From contig JAZQOV010000003.1 in NCBI GenBank assembly GCA_045628045.1, positions 64,001-128,000 of the forward strand: DNA of 64,000 nt, in the 5' to 3' direction. The stretch is from Bacilli bacterium (lineage in GTDB: Bacteria > Bacillota_I > Bacilli_A > RFN20 > CAG-826). A model generated the notes under the pieces. It saw only the letters and a program-made list of their open reading frames with translations, searched no databases and had not been told where the DNA came from. Made by a program: the position numbers and the translations under genes. The first letter of the stretch is position 1. Each line of letters opens with the position of its first letter. This document shows, in pieces, positions 18,824 through 27,681 of the stretch.

Positions 18824-20359
18824 TTAATCTAATTTAATTATATAATCCACCAAATCTTCATAGAAATCAGTTTCGTGTGAAACAAGAATAACCACGCCAG
18901 GATAAGCATCTATCGCTTCTTTTAGTGATTTCTTTGCAATTTTATCCAAGTGATTTGTAGGTTCATCAAGCACAAGAATATTTGATTTCTCTAATGTTAA
19001 TTTACAAAGTCTAGTTTTTGCTTCTTCTCCACCACTAAGTTCATTTAATGGACGAAGAGCAAGTTCAGCTTTAATTCCGCATCTTGCGAGTAAATTTCTA
19101 ACTTCTGTGTTTGTGAAGTTATCTCTAAGTGATTGAATAAAATTCATTGGAGTTATGCTTAAATCATCCATTTCTGTTTGAGAAAAATAAGAAATTTTTG
19201 CTTTTGAATTAAAGCTGAAAGATCCGCCTAAAGAAGGGATGATTCCAAGCAATGTTTTAATAAGAGTTGATTTACCAACTCCGTTTTTACCAATGATTGC
19301 AATCTTTTCACCTTTTAATAAATTAAAAGAAATCGGATTAAGTAAAGGCTTTTCGTAACCAATAACAAGATTCTCTACACTTAAAATGTCTTTCCCAATA
19401 TCACCTGAATAAGGGAAATTAAAATACACCAAATTTGTGTCGTTTTTAGGTGCTTCAAGTCTTTCAACGTGCGCGAGTCTTGCACGTCTTGATTTTGCAG
19501 CTCTAGAAGAGGTAGCTCGAACAATGTGTGCTGCAATAAATTCCTCTTCTTTTTTGATGAACTTTTGTTGAGCAGCGTAATCTTTTTCGTATTGTTCTTT
19601 TCTAACAACACTTTGTGTTTTGTAATATTCATAATCGCCTTTATAACGATTAATAACTCTATTTTCTAATGCTAAAACAACATTCGCAATACTTGATAAA
19701 AATGGTTCATCATGTGAGATTACAAGGAATGCTTTTGGATAATTTTGAAGGTAACCGCTCAGCCATTTTACGTGTTCTGCATCTAAGTAGTTTGTAGGTT
19801 CATCTAAAAGAAGAACATCATTCTTCTCAAGAAGCATTTTTGCAAGATAAACTTTCTCCCTTTGACCACTTGAGAGAATTTTTAATTCTCTATCCTTGAA
19901 ATCTTTTGGAATTCCAAGACCAACTAACACTTTATCAATCTCTTCTTTAATTGAGTAAAAATCTAAAGCGATAAGTTCATCATTAATCTTTGAGGCTCTC
20001 TCTAAATATTTTTCGTAATTTGGATCATCAATATTACTTCCTTTAAGAAAAAGCTCATTCATTTCAGCTTCTTTATCGAACAACGATTTATAGATTTGCT
20101 CTAAATACTCTTTAATTGTGAAATCATCATTTACTTTGTAATGTTGATCTAAATATGAATAAGTTATTCCTGGAATCCACTCAACTTTTCCTTTATCTGG
20201 AATTATTTTCTTAGTGATTAAATCAAAAATTGTAGTTTTGCCAGCGCCATTTTGACCCACTAAGACAGCATGTTCACCAGGATTAAGTTGAAAATTAAGA
20301 CCATTAAAAAGCTCTTTGTCTCCATAGTTAAACATTAAGTCAGTTACTTTAAAAAGCAT
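18824..20359 (-). CDS. ABC-F family ATPase
   Basis: Two NBDs (GQNGAGKT, GKNGVGKS), LDEPTN twice, no TM segments. Confidence 0.93.
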   Translation of the reverse strand: MLFKVTDLMFNYGDKELFNGLNFQLNPGEHAVLVGQNGAGKTTIFDLITKKIIPDKGKVEWIPGITYSYLDQHYKVNDDFTIKEYLEQIYKSLFDKEAEMNELFLKGSNIDDPNYEKYLERASKINDELIALDFYSIKEEIDKVLVGLGIPKDFKDRELKILSSGQREKVYLAKMLLEKNDVLLLDEPTNYLDAEHVKWLSGYLQNYPKAFLVISHDEPFLSSIANVVLALENRVINRYKGDYEYYKTQSVVRKEQYEKDYAAQQKFIKKEEEFIAAHIVRATSSRAAKSRRARLAHVERLEAPKNDTNLVYFNFPYSGDIGKDILSVENLVIGYEKPLLNPISFNLLKGEKIAIIGKNGVGKSTLIKTLLGIIPSLGGSFSFNSKAKISYFSQTEMDDLSITPMNFIQSLRDNFTNTEVRNLLARCGIKAELALRPLNELSGGEEAKTRLCKLTLEKSNILVLDEPTNHLDKIAKKSLKEAIDAYPGVVILVSHETDFYEDLVDYIIKLD

Positions 20360-20380
20360 AACAAAGTTATGATTTCTATT

Positions 20381-21475
20381 TTAATAAGTGGTTCCGCCCC
20401 ACTCGACAACGCTAAAACCTGAGCGATTAACGGTTTCTAATTCTTGTGGAATTATCTCTTTAGGAGAATCGACTTTTTTAATATGAATAATTGTTCTTAA
20501 AATTGTATCTGGAGTAACACTAAAAGAAAGAGGACATTCTTTGTTTCTTTCAGCTGTTTGTTCAAAATAGACTAAAGAATTTTCATTTTCCTCTAAAATT
20601 GGAAGCCAAAACATAATAAATTCATCAGCTTCTCTTTGAGTAAATCCAAGTGTATCAAGTGATGTTTCTAAAAACTCTATAGCATTGTCTTTTGAAACAT
20701 TAAATCCATATTCAAATGATGCTTCAAAGTTTCTATATTCATCATAGAAAATAGCGTAATATTCTCTTTGAGAATTATTGACATTTAATGTTCCGTTTTC
20801 GTTAATGTGAACTCTCCAACCATCTTCATATTCTGGATAGGTTGTTTTAAGTCTAAAATCATTAACGTATGTAACCTCAACATCAAGTTCTTCCTCGTTA
20901 TATAGATAAAGAACAGGTTTATAAACTCCAAAAGGATTGTAGTGTTTGTCAACATCGATTTTGGTTTGAAAATCCAAACCTTTTTCAGCCACAACATAAA
21001 CAAACCCATATGAACTTGGTGAAGTGGCAGGAAAATAAATATCCTGATTTATTTTTTGAGTAACTGCATTACCTTTTTTATAAATTTCTTTAATGCTGAA
21101 TGTAGTTATGTCGTGGCTATCAATTACTGGAGTAACGTATACGTTATTAGTTTCAAAATCAACTTCCTTTGTTAGCTTTTCACCTTCGGTTTCAATGTGG
21201 CTAGAATATTCTTTAATCTCATCTCTTATTTGGTCAGCAATGTGATCAAGTAAGGCATTAAAAGAATTCAAAGCTTCTACACTGGAAATTACCTTAGTTT
21301 CTTCATTTTTAATGTCTAGATAATTTTCAATATCATGAAGTTCTAATTCACCACGTATTTGAAAAACGGTATAGTTTTCAATTTTTTCCTTCTTTTCGAA
21401 AATATTTTTAATATCGCAAGAGCAACAAATTAATGTGCTTATAATTGAAAGAAAAATTATTTTAAATTTTTTCAT
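20381..21475 (-). CDS. Putative lipoprotein with conserved C-terminal KPVLYLY...VVEWGG domain of unknown function
   Basis: Lipoprotein-like signal (LICCSC); C-terminal domain with EADEFIMFWLP. Confidence 0.65.
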   Translation of the reverse strand: MKKFKIIFLSIISTLICCSCDIKNIFEKKEKIENYTVFQIRGELELHDIENYLDIKNEETKVISSVEALNSFNALLDHIADQIRDEIKEYSSHIETEGEKLTKEVDFETNNVYVTPVIDSHDITTFSIKEIYKKGNAVTQKINQDIYFPATSPSSYGFVYVVAEKGLDFQTKIDVDKHYNPFGVYKPVLYLYNEEELDVEVTYVNDFRLKTTYPEYEDGWRVHINENGTLNVNNSQREYYAIFYDEYRNFEASFEYGFNVSKDNAIEFLETSLDTLGFTQREADEFIMFWLPILEENENSLVYFEQTAERNKECPLSFSVTPDTILRTIIHIKKVDSPKEIIPQELETVNRSGFSVVEWGGTTY

Positions 21476-21514
21476 ACTAATATATTAGCATTATACACAA
21501 CACGTTTCAATTTT

Positions 21515-22030
21515 CTATTGGATGTCGATTGTAATTCCCGTTTTATTTTTTACCTCGATTTTAGTTCCTTCTTTTCTATAACCAAGAATTGCAGAACCCA
21601 CAATCATATTTTCATTTGGGATTCCAAGTTTTTTACGAAGTTTCTTTCCTTCATCACTTGAAAGCAATGCATCAAATTGATTGATCCAGCAAGAATCAAT
21701 CTTCAAAGATGCTGCTGCAATGAAAATATTTTCTAAGACACAAGAACAATCTTGAATACAAAATCTATCATCTCTTGGAGCATGTACTAAAACTATAGTT
21801 TTAGCACCGTACATAACATCTCTTTTTTCTAAAGTTTTTCCGAGTTCTCTCAAAGCCTCTATTTTAGACGCTCTTCTTACCGCTGTAATTTTAGCAATTT
21901 GTCTATTCATTGCGCTTGGAGCGCTTTGACCTGCGAGTAAAATCTCATTTAATTTTTTAGGAGAAACTTTCTTATCACTATATTCTCTACAAGAAACTCT
22001 TCCCTTAATAACATCAATAACTTTTGCCAT
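21515..22030 (-). CDS. Nitroreductase family protein
   Basis: RVSCREY, APSAMNRQ, ENIFIAA...SCWI. Confidence 0.9.
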   Translation of the reverse strand: MAKVIDVIKGRVSCREYSDKKVSPKKLNEILLAGQSAPSAMNRQIAKITAVRRASKIEALRELGKTLEKRDVMYGAKTIVLVHAPRDDRFCIQDCSCVLENIFIAAASLKIDSCWINQFDALLSSDEGKKLRKKLGIPNENMIVGSAILGYRKEGTKIEVKNKTGITIDIQ

Positions 22031-22063
22031 AAATAATTCTCCACTATTAATTTTTTCTACAAT

Positions 22064-22918
22064 TTATTCAATCTCCTCATAATAATATGAAGTATCGATT
22101 CCTTTCATAAATAATTCTCTATCATCGATTTGATCAGTTAATGCATTTTTAAGAAGGAATTTAATTTTATTATCTTTTATTTGGCTTTCTTTCATAGCAT
22201 CGAAATAATCTGCTTTTTCTATCTTAGACCAATCTACACACTTTTTAAGATTTTTAATAAAAATTAAATCTAGCCAAATACGCGTCGATCTTCCATTACC
22301 TTCCATAAAAGGATGTGCAATATTCATTTCAACATACTTTTCTACAATGTGATCAAATGTGTCTTCAGGCATTTTATCTATTGTTGGAAGAATCTGAGGT
22401 AAAAAATCACCATTCGCAAAAACAAAACCACCTTTAGAAATTGTTTTTGATCTTATCTGACCGGCGAAAGGATATAATCCTTCAAATAAATAAGCATGTA
22501 TTTTTTGAAGACAAACAGTTGTCCCAATTTCATCGCTATAAATAAGTTCTGTTTTGTAAAATTGATAAGCTTTTCTTTTACTTTGCTCATCAATTGGATC
22601 AAGCATTCCTTTTATCCAATCGCTGATTTCTTTTTTATATTTTGAAGGAATTATTGTAATTAAAAGTCTAACCCCTTCTTCATTAATAACTTCAGAAAGA
22701 TATTTTTTACCATCGTCAGCATACAATTTCAGTTGTCCACAAAATGAAGACAACTCAGGATTTCTCACTTTAACATTATTCCAATACCTACGCGGAGAAT
22801 TAGGGTCTACTAAAACTGCGATAAAATCAACTGCTGAATACCACCAGATTGACTTTTCATTATCCCAAACAGCTTGTATTTGTTTATTGTTAAAATATCT
22901 GATTGGATGTTTTATCAT
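22064..22918 (-). CDS. Bro-N-like domain fused to NmFic-like (class III) Fic adenylyltransferase
   Basis: N-terminal IQAVWD..WWYSAVD..RRYW; Fic motif HPFMEGNGRSTR; C-terminal SYYYE inhibitory motif; start moved to MIKHP behind TGnTATCAT. Confidence 0.85.
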   Translation of the reverse strand: MIKHPIRYFNNKQIQAVWDNEKSIWWYSAVDFIAVLVDPNSPRRYWNNVKVRNPELSSFCGQLKLYADDGKKYLSEVINEEGVRLLITIIPSKYKKEISDWIKGMLDPIDEQSKRKAYQFYKTELIYSDEIGTTVCLQKIHAYLFEGLYPFAGQIRSKTISKGGFVFANGDFLPQILPTIDKMPEDTFDHIVEKYVEMNIAHPFMEGNGRSTRIWLDLIFIKNLKKCVDWSKIEKADYFDAMKESQIKDNKIKFLLKNALTDQIDDRELFMKGIDTSYYYEEIE

Positions 22919-22985
22919 ATTATATATGATAACATAACATAATTCAGTTGTCCACAAAATTGGACAACTTAAAAGACCACAAAAC

Positions 22986-25103
22986 TTATTTAGTGATTGT
23001 TATTTTTGTTGAACTATCACTATAAACATAGACAGTACCGTGACTATATTTGGTCTCTGTTTGTAATGCAGATCCATCAGGAAGTGTAATGGTAAAAACG
23101 CCAGAACCCGAAATGCTTAAAGTATATGAATTAATTCCGGAACCTTTTGTTGGTGTTTTCTCAGTTTTTCCAAAAGCAATAAAGGTACCACCATTAATTG
23201 TCGCAGCTCCATCTGTGTCTAAACCTGTGGACATTCCACCGTTTGCACCTTTAGTGATAACAGTCCCACCAGTTTGTAAGAATGAACCATTTGAATCAAT
23301 GCCATCAACGTCTTGTCCATTTACTGTGACATCAAGAATTCCACCAGTTACTCTAATTTGTGGAGTTTGATTAATTTTCTCTGATGCATTTATTCCGTCA
23401 TCTGTTGCATACACTTTAGTGTATCCACCATCAATATTAATGAAGTTTGCTTCTAAACCTTCATAGGCGTTTTTAACGTCTATAGTTCCATCGCTTATTG
23501 TTAAAGTGTTATCAGCATGAATGGCATCATCTGATGAATAAATTTCATATGTGCCACCACTAATTTTTATGTTGCCTACTCCAGTTGAACCATTTTCAAG
23601 AGCGGTTCCGTTATTTGCGTGAATTCCATCATCATAAGATTTAATGAAATATTTCCCTGCACTTAAGATAATTTCATTTTCAGCTTTAATTCCTTTTGCA
23701 GAGTAATCGGCTTTATCATTGTTCCCTTCACTCATTCCACCTGGGCCACCACCTGGACCACCTCCAGGTCCACCTTGTTGAGATGATTGATAATTTGACC
23801 AGCCAGATGTTGTAATACTTGATGTAGAAGCTGAAACATTAACTGTGTCATACGAAGTGCTTAAAGTAGCAAAATTGCCCATCTTGCTTGTAGCATTTTC
23901 TTCAGTCAAATCTGTCACACTGTTAGCGAATAAGCACAGCTTAAATGATGTGGCACCACTTGGTCTAGTAGCTTGATAATAGTAGTTTCTAGAGAAACCG
24001 CCTTGGCCACTAGTGACTGCGGTAGCTTTAGTCCAATATGTTTCATAATTAGAATTCAAATACTCAACTCCAAAGAAATAATTTCCAATATTGGAACTAG
24101 TTTTAATATAAAGTTTTGAATCGCTGGATTCGATAATATCGCTAGTATATTCAGAATATTTTGAAGTATAGATGTTAATAATTGGATCATCTCCACCTTC
24201 TACTTTGCTAATTTCGATATTATATGACGCCTCAATTGCGTCTTTTGCGCTATATATGTCTAATTGTCCACCAGTGATTGAAATGGTTCCTCTTTGTTTG
24301 CCTTTTGAAGATACATCTGTGTTCTCTGTTTTCACTGCGTTTCCACCAGTAGAAATTAAAACCATATTTCCACTTTCAATTTCAATTGAGTCATTTCCTT
24401 TTAAACAGTTATTGACTGCTTTGATTTGAACTGATGAATTGTTATTTACTTCTGGTTTAATTTTTAAATCATCTTTGGTGTGAATTCCGTTGTTGTAATT
24501 TCCAATCACAGCAAGAGATCCTTTACCGCTTAATTTTAAGTCACAATCACTAGTGATTGCACCATTACCTTGTGCGTCATTATCTTCGGTTTTAATAGAT
24601 CTAGTGTCATAAACAAAATTTTCAGTTCCTTTTTTAATTGAAACTTGTAATTCACTAGCATTTACACATTTTATTGGAGAATCAGTGTTTGATTTAATTG
24701 TAAAACCTTCTAATGAAATTTTTACTTCATCATCGTCTCCAGCATTGACTAATATGTTTCCTTCAAATTGTCCTTTGAATGAAAATTCTCCAGCGGCAGA
24801 AATAATAAAAACTTTATTAGTACTATCATAAGATATTCCGTCTTTTATTGTTGTGATTTCACCAATTTCAGAATCGGTAATCTCTACATCATCTACATCA
24901 TCATCAATTTTAATTTCAATTTCTGTGTCGCTTGTTTCGCTACCTATTCCTTGATCTTGATGAAATGATTCTTCATTGTTACCAAAATGACTTGAAAACC
25001 ATTGATCAATCTTGGAAAACGGATTTAATGGGCTTTCATCTTTTAGACCACACGCTGTCAAAAGAAAAACTGGCATTAATAATAAAAATTTCTTTTTCCT
25101 CAT
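22986..25103 (-). CDS. Carbohydrate-binding beta-helix lipoprotein (Cthe_2159/DUF4353-like)
   Basis: Lipobox LLTAC; repeated DDGIHA/DDAIHA/EGLEA/DGIDSNG; GGPG linker. Confidence 0.82.
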   Translation of the reverse strand: MRKKKFLLLMPVFLLTACGLKDESPLNPFSKIDQWFSSHFGNNEESFHQDQGIGSETSDTEIEIKIDDDVDDVEITDSEIGEITTIKDGISYDSTNKVFIISAAGEFSFKGQFEGNILVNAGDDDEVKISLEGFTIKSNTDSPIKCVNASELQVSIKKGTENFVYDTRSIKTEDNDAQGNGAITSDCDLKLSGKGSLAVIGNYNNGIHTKDDLKIKPEVNNNSSVQIKAVNNCLKGNDSIEIESGNMVLISTGGNAVKTENTDVSSKGKQRGTISITGGQLDIYSAKDAIEASYNIEISKVEGGDDPIINIYTSKYSEYTSDIIESSDSKLYIKTSSNIGNYFFGVEYLNSNYETYWTKATAVTSGQGGFSRNYYYQATRPSGATSFKLCLFANSVTDLTEENATSKMGNFATLSTSYDTVNVSASTSSITTSGWSNYQSSQQGGPGGGPGGGPGGMSEGNNDKADYSAKGIKAENEIILSAGKYFIKSYDDGIHANNGTALENGSTGVGNIKISGGTYEIYSSDDAIHADNTLTISDGTIDVKNAYEGLEANFINIDGGYTKVYATDDGINASEKINQTPQIRVTGGILDVTVNGQDVDGIDSNGSFLQTGGTVITKGANGGMSTGLDTDGAATINGGTFIAFGKTEKTPTKGSGINSYTLSISGSGVFTITLPDGSALQTETKYSHGTVYVYSDSSTKITITK

Positions 25104-25549
25104 TTTTTAATTCTCCCTATATTTTCTACAAGATACTCTATATATCTTTTCAAGAATGAAATAGATATATCTATTTCTTCTTTTTGAAATCGTTTAATAT
25201 CCTCTTCCTCAAGCTTAATGATGTTGTCGTATTTCTCATCCCACACCTTAAGACCTAGTTCGGTTAATTCAATTCTTTTAACTCGTTTATCTTCTGGATC
25301 AACATTGAGTTTAATTAATCCTTGTTTTTTAAATTTTAGAACAACATTATGAACAACTTGTTTTACTTCGTTTGTAAATATGACTAATTGTTTTTGAGTA
25401 AGCTCACCATGTCCTAAGAAAATAAGGTGCATTACTTTAAACTCAAAAGGATTCACTCCAAAAATCTTTGCTGCTTCAGTGTATACAGCATTTAGTGAAT
25501 AGTAGGTTTTCTTTAATTCAATTAGTTCTTTTTTCATAAAATTAGTCAA
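25100..25549 (-). CDS. MarR family transcriptional regulator (start may be ATG at 25537)
   Basis: LTQKQL...DPEDKRVKRIELTELG. Confidence 0.85.
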   Translation of the reverse strand: MTNFMKKELIELKKTYYSLNAVYTEAAKIFGVNPFEFKVMHLIFLGHGELTQKQLVIFTNEVKQVVHNVVLKFKKQGLIKLNVDPEDKRVKRIELTELGLKVWDEKYDNIIKLEEEDIKRFQKEEIDISISFLKRYIEYLVENIGRIKK

Positions 25550-25698
25550 TATTCTTTACTAATTTAGAATATACAAAATCTAATTTTTTGCAATTATTTA
25601 TTTAAATTTTGTTTATATATATCAATTAAATTGATATAAAATAATTATCAAATACCAAACCTAATGCAATTATAAACTGCATTGATTTCACATTAAAT

Positions 25699-26376
25699 TT
25701 ACCTTTTCTGTTTATTTCTTCTTTTTCTAAGAAACACGAATAAGAAAGCACCACAAGTTACAACGGCTACACCACTTACTACACTTATAATAATGATTGA
25801 ACCATCACTAATAAATGCCCCTACATTATTTGATTTATCACCGTAATAACGGATTGTAATTGATTTAATACATTTATCAAAACCACCATTGCCAAATACT
25901 ACAAAGCAAGGATTACTAATAGATGCATTTTCATCCTCTACAAAGTTTTGATTAGGATCATTAAAAAACAGGACTCCAGACTTGTCATTTAAAGTATAAG
26001 AAATGGTTACATATGAATCGTTAAATCTCTCAGCATAAATAGAATAAATATTGTTCAAAGTTAAATTTAAGCTATAACCCCAATCTGTTTCATTTGCAAA
26101 AGAAATATATTCTGGCGTTGTTGCAATTAAACAACTAGAAGTGCACTTAAACGGAATTTTTTGGCCTACATCATCAAAAATAAATCCTTTATAAATAGGT
26201 TTTTCATTCGGGAAATGATTATGCTCATAGTCGAAAATAATAGTCCTTAATTTGCTCTCATCAATTTTTCCGTCAGCCGAAGCTGGTAAAGGTTTTAAAT
26301 TTCCTAAAAATGCTAGACCACCCACTAATGCTAGTGACGCAAAACATATTGCTAATTTTTTGAATATATTTTTCAT
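25699..26376 (-). CDS. Secreted protein with C-terminal GxxxSxGS-TM-basic tail
   Basis: Signal peptide ending PASA/D; C-terminus GAFISDGSIIIISVVSGVAVVTCGAFLFVFLRKRR; GAGG RBS before MKNIF. Confidence 0.75.
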   Translation of the reverse strand: MKNIFKKLAICFASLALVGGLAFLGNLKPLPASADGKIDESKLRTIIFDYEHNHFPNEKPIYKGFIFDDVGQKIPFKCTSSCLIATTPEYISFANETDWGYSLNLTLNNIYSIYAERFNDSYVTISYTLNDKSGVLFFNDPNQNFVEDENASISNPCFVVFGNGGFDKCIKSITIRYYGDKSNNVGAFISDGSIIIISVVSGVAVVTCGAFLFVFLRKRRNKQKR

Positions 26377-26378
26377 TT

Positions 26379-27029
26379 TCATGCCTCGCATTTAGCATTA
26401 TTATCGTTTTTACATATTCTTTTTATTAAGAACATGAATGGAACAAACACTAATGAAGGTAATAAGAAAGCAATAACATAGTGATTGCACACTGCAAAGT
26501 AGTTATAAATTGAATGATATATTATAGCGACAGCCACAAGACCAACAGAGCCCGAAACAAAAAGTTTCTTTCTGTTTAAGATGAATGATAAGCCAAAACC
26601 AACCGCCAGAGTGGTAATAACATGCATCATTCCTGAACCGAACGCTCTTAATATTGCGGTAATTACATCAATTTGTTCAGCACGAGATGCAATAACAAAT
26701 GCGTTTTCTAATATTGCAAAACCAACACCGATTGCAATTGATCGCTCAATTAAATCTTGTCTTGAAGGATGCATAACGAATGTACAAATAAAAATAGGTA
26801 TAATTTTAAGTATTTCCTCAATTATTGGAGAAAATGTTGTGACATATGTTGCTTGTGAATATTTTGTATTCTTAAAAATAATTCCATTAATTTCACCACA
26901 TAATAATGCAACAGTTAATCCAATAATAACAAAGCAAACGAGTGATTTTGTCTTACTCTTGGTCATTATAAGTACAATAAGTAAAGGGACTGTAATACTT
27001 AAATACAAAAACAGATTTAAAAATTCCAT
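26379..27029 (-). CDS. PrsW-family glutamic-type intramembrane protease
   Basis: EEILK, FAILEN, MMH and HSIYN motifs in a multi-TM protein; start moved to MEFLN (GGGAG RBS). Confidence 0.85.
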   Translation of the reverse strand: MEFLNLFLYLSITVPLLIVLIMTKSKTKSLVCFVIIGLTVALLCGEINGIIFKNTKYSQATYVTTFSPIIEEILKIIPIFICTFVMHPSRQDLIERSIAIGVGFAILENAFVIASRAEQIDVITAILRAFGSGMMHVITTLAVGFGLSFILNRKKLFVSGSVGLVAVAIIYHSIYNYFAVCNHYVIAFLLPSLVFVPFMFLIKRICKNDNNAKCEA

Positions 27030-27661
27030 TTTTTTGCTCCCTTTGCGCTTGTATAAGATAGACCTAAAATTATAAGTGCGATTAGTAAATCGCCCACACC
27101 AGATAAGATTCCAGTCTTTAACCAACTTAAAATATCTAAATTAACAAAAACACAATAAAGTAAAATGAAAATATCATTCAACAATAAACCATTTTTTAGG
27201 CCAAGTTCATCATTTTGAGACAATAAGCGTTTAACAACAAAATATACTACAAAAGCTAGTGGAATTTGAATCGCAACAAAAAGATAAAATACAAAATTTG
27301 TAGGCTTAAAACAAAAGAAACCAACAACAAAAGAAATGCCGAATTGAAGTAAACCAGATATTGCACTAATTATGATGTATTTAGTTTTTGGCTTATCAAA
27401 TAACTTCTCTAAAGCGCCCCTATTTGCGCAAAATAAGAAAATGTTGCAACCAAGCAATCCAAAGAAACTTGTATTGAAATAAATCTCATTAATATTGCAA
27501 CAAGACATTACGATACCTGTTAAATAAAAAAGTAAAAAACATCCAATTGCACAAACAATAATTTGAAAATACAGAGGCTTTCCTTTTCTCCAAAGTGTTA
27601 TGACACCAAAAATAAAGGAGATTAATAATATTGAAAGTGTAGCAATCTTAAAACCAATCAT
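27017..27661 (-). CDS. Hypothetical polytopic membrane protein (~7 TM) coupled to the PrsW gene
   Basis: Hydrophobic throughout; 13-nt overlap with the PrsW start. Confidence 0.75.
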   Translation of the reverse strand: MIGFKIATLSILLISFIFGVITLWRKGKPLYFQIIVCAIGCFLLFYLTGIVMSCCNINEIYFNTSFFGLLGCNIFLFCANRGALEKLFDKPKTKYIIISAISGLLQFGISFVVGFFCFKPTNFVFYLFVAIQIPLAFVVYFVVKRLLSQNDELGLKNGLLLNDIFILLYCVFVNLDILSWLKTGILSGVGDLLIALIILGLSYTSAKGAKKWNF

Positions 27662-27681
27662 TTTTAATGTCAGAACTAAGA

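Noticed and set aside
23735-23780. GC-rich short tandem repeat
   Set aside because: Encodes the GGPG linker typical of DUF4353 proteins; not a separate element.
26581-27075. 164-aa plus-strand ORF
   Set aside because: Antisense shadow of the PrsW gene, which carries the conserved motifs.
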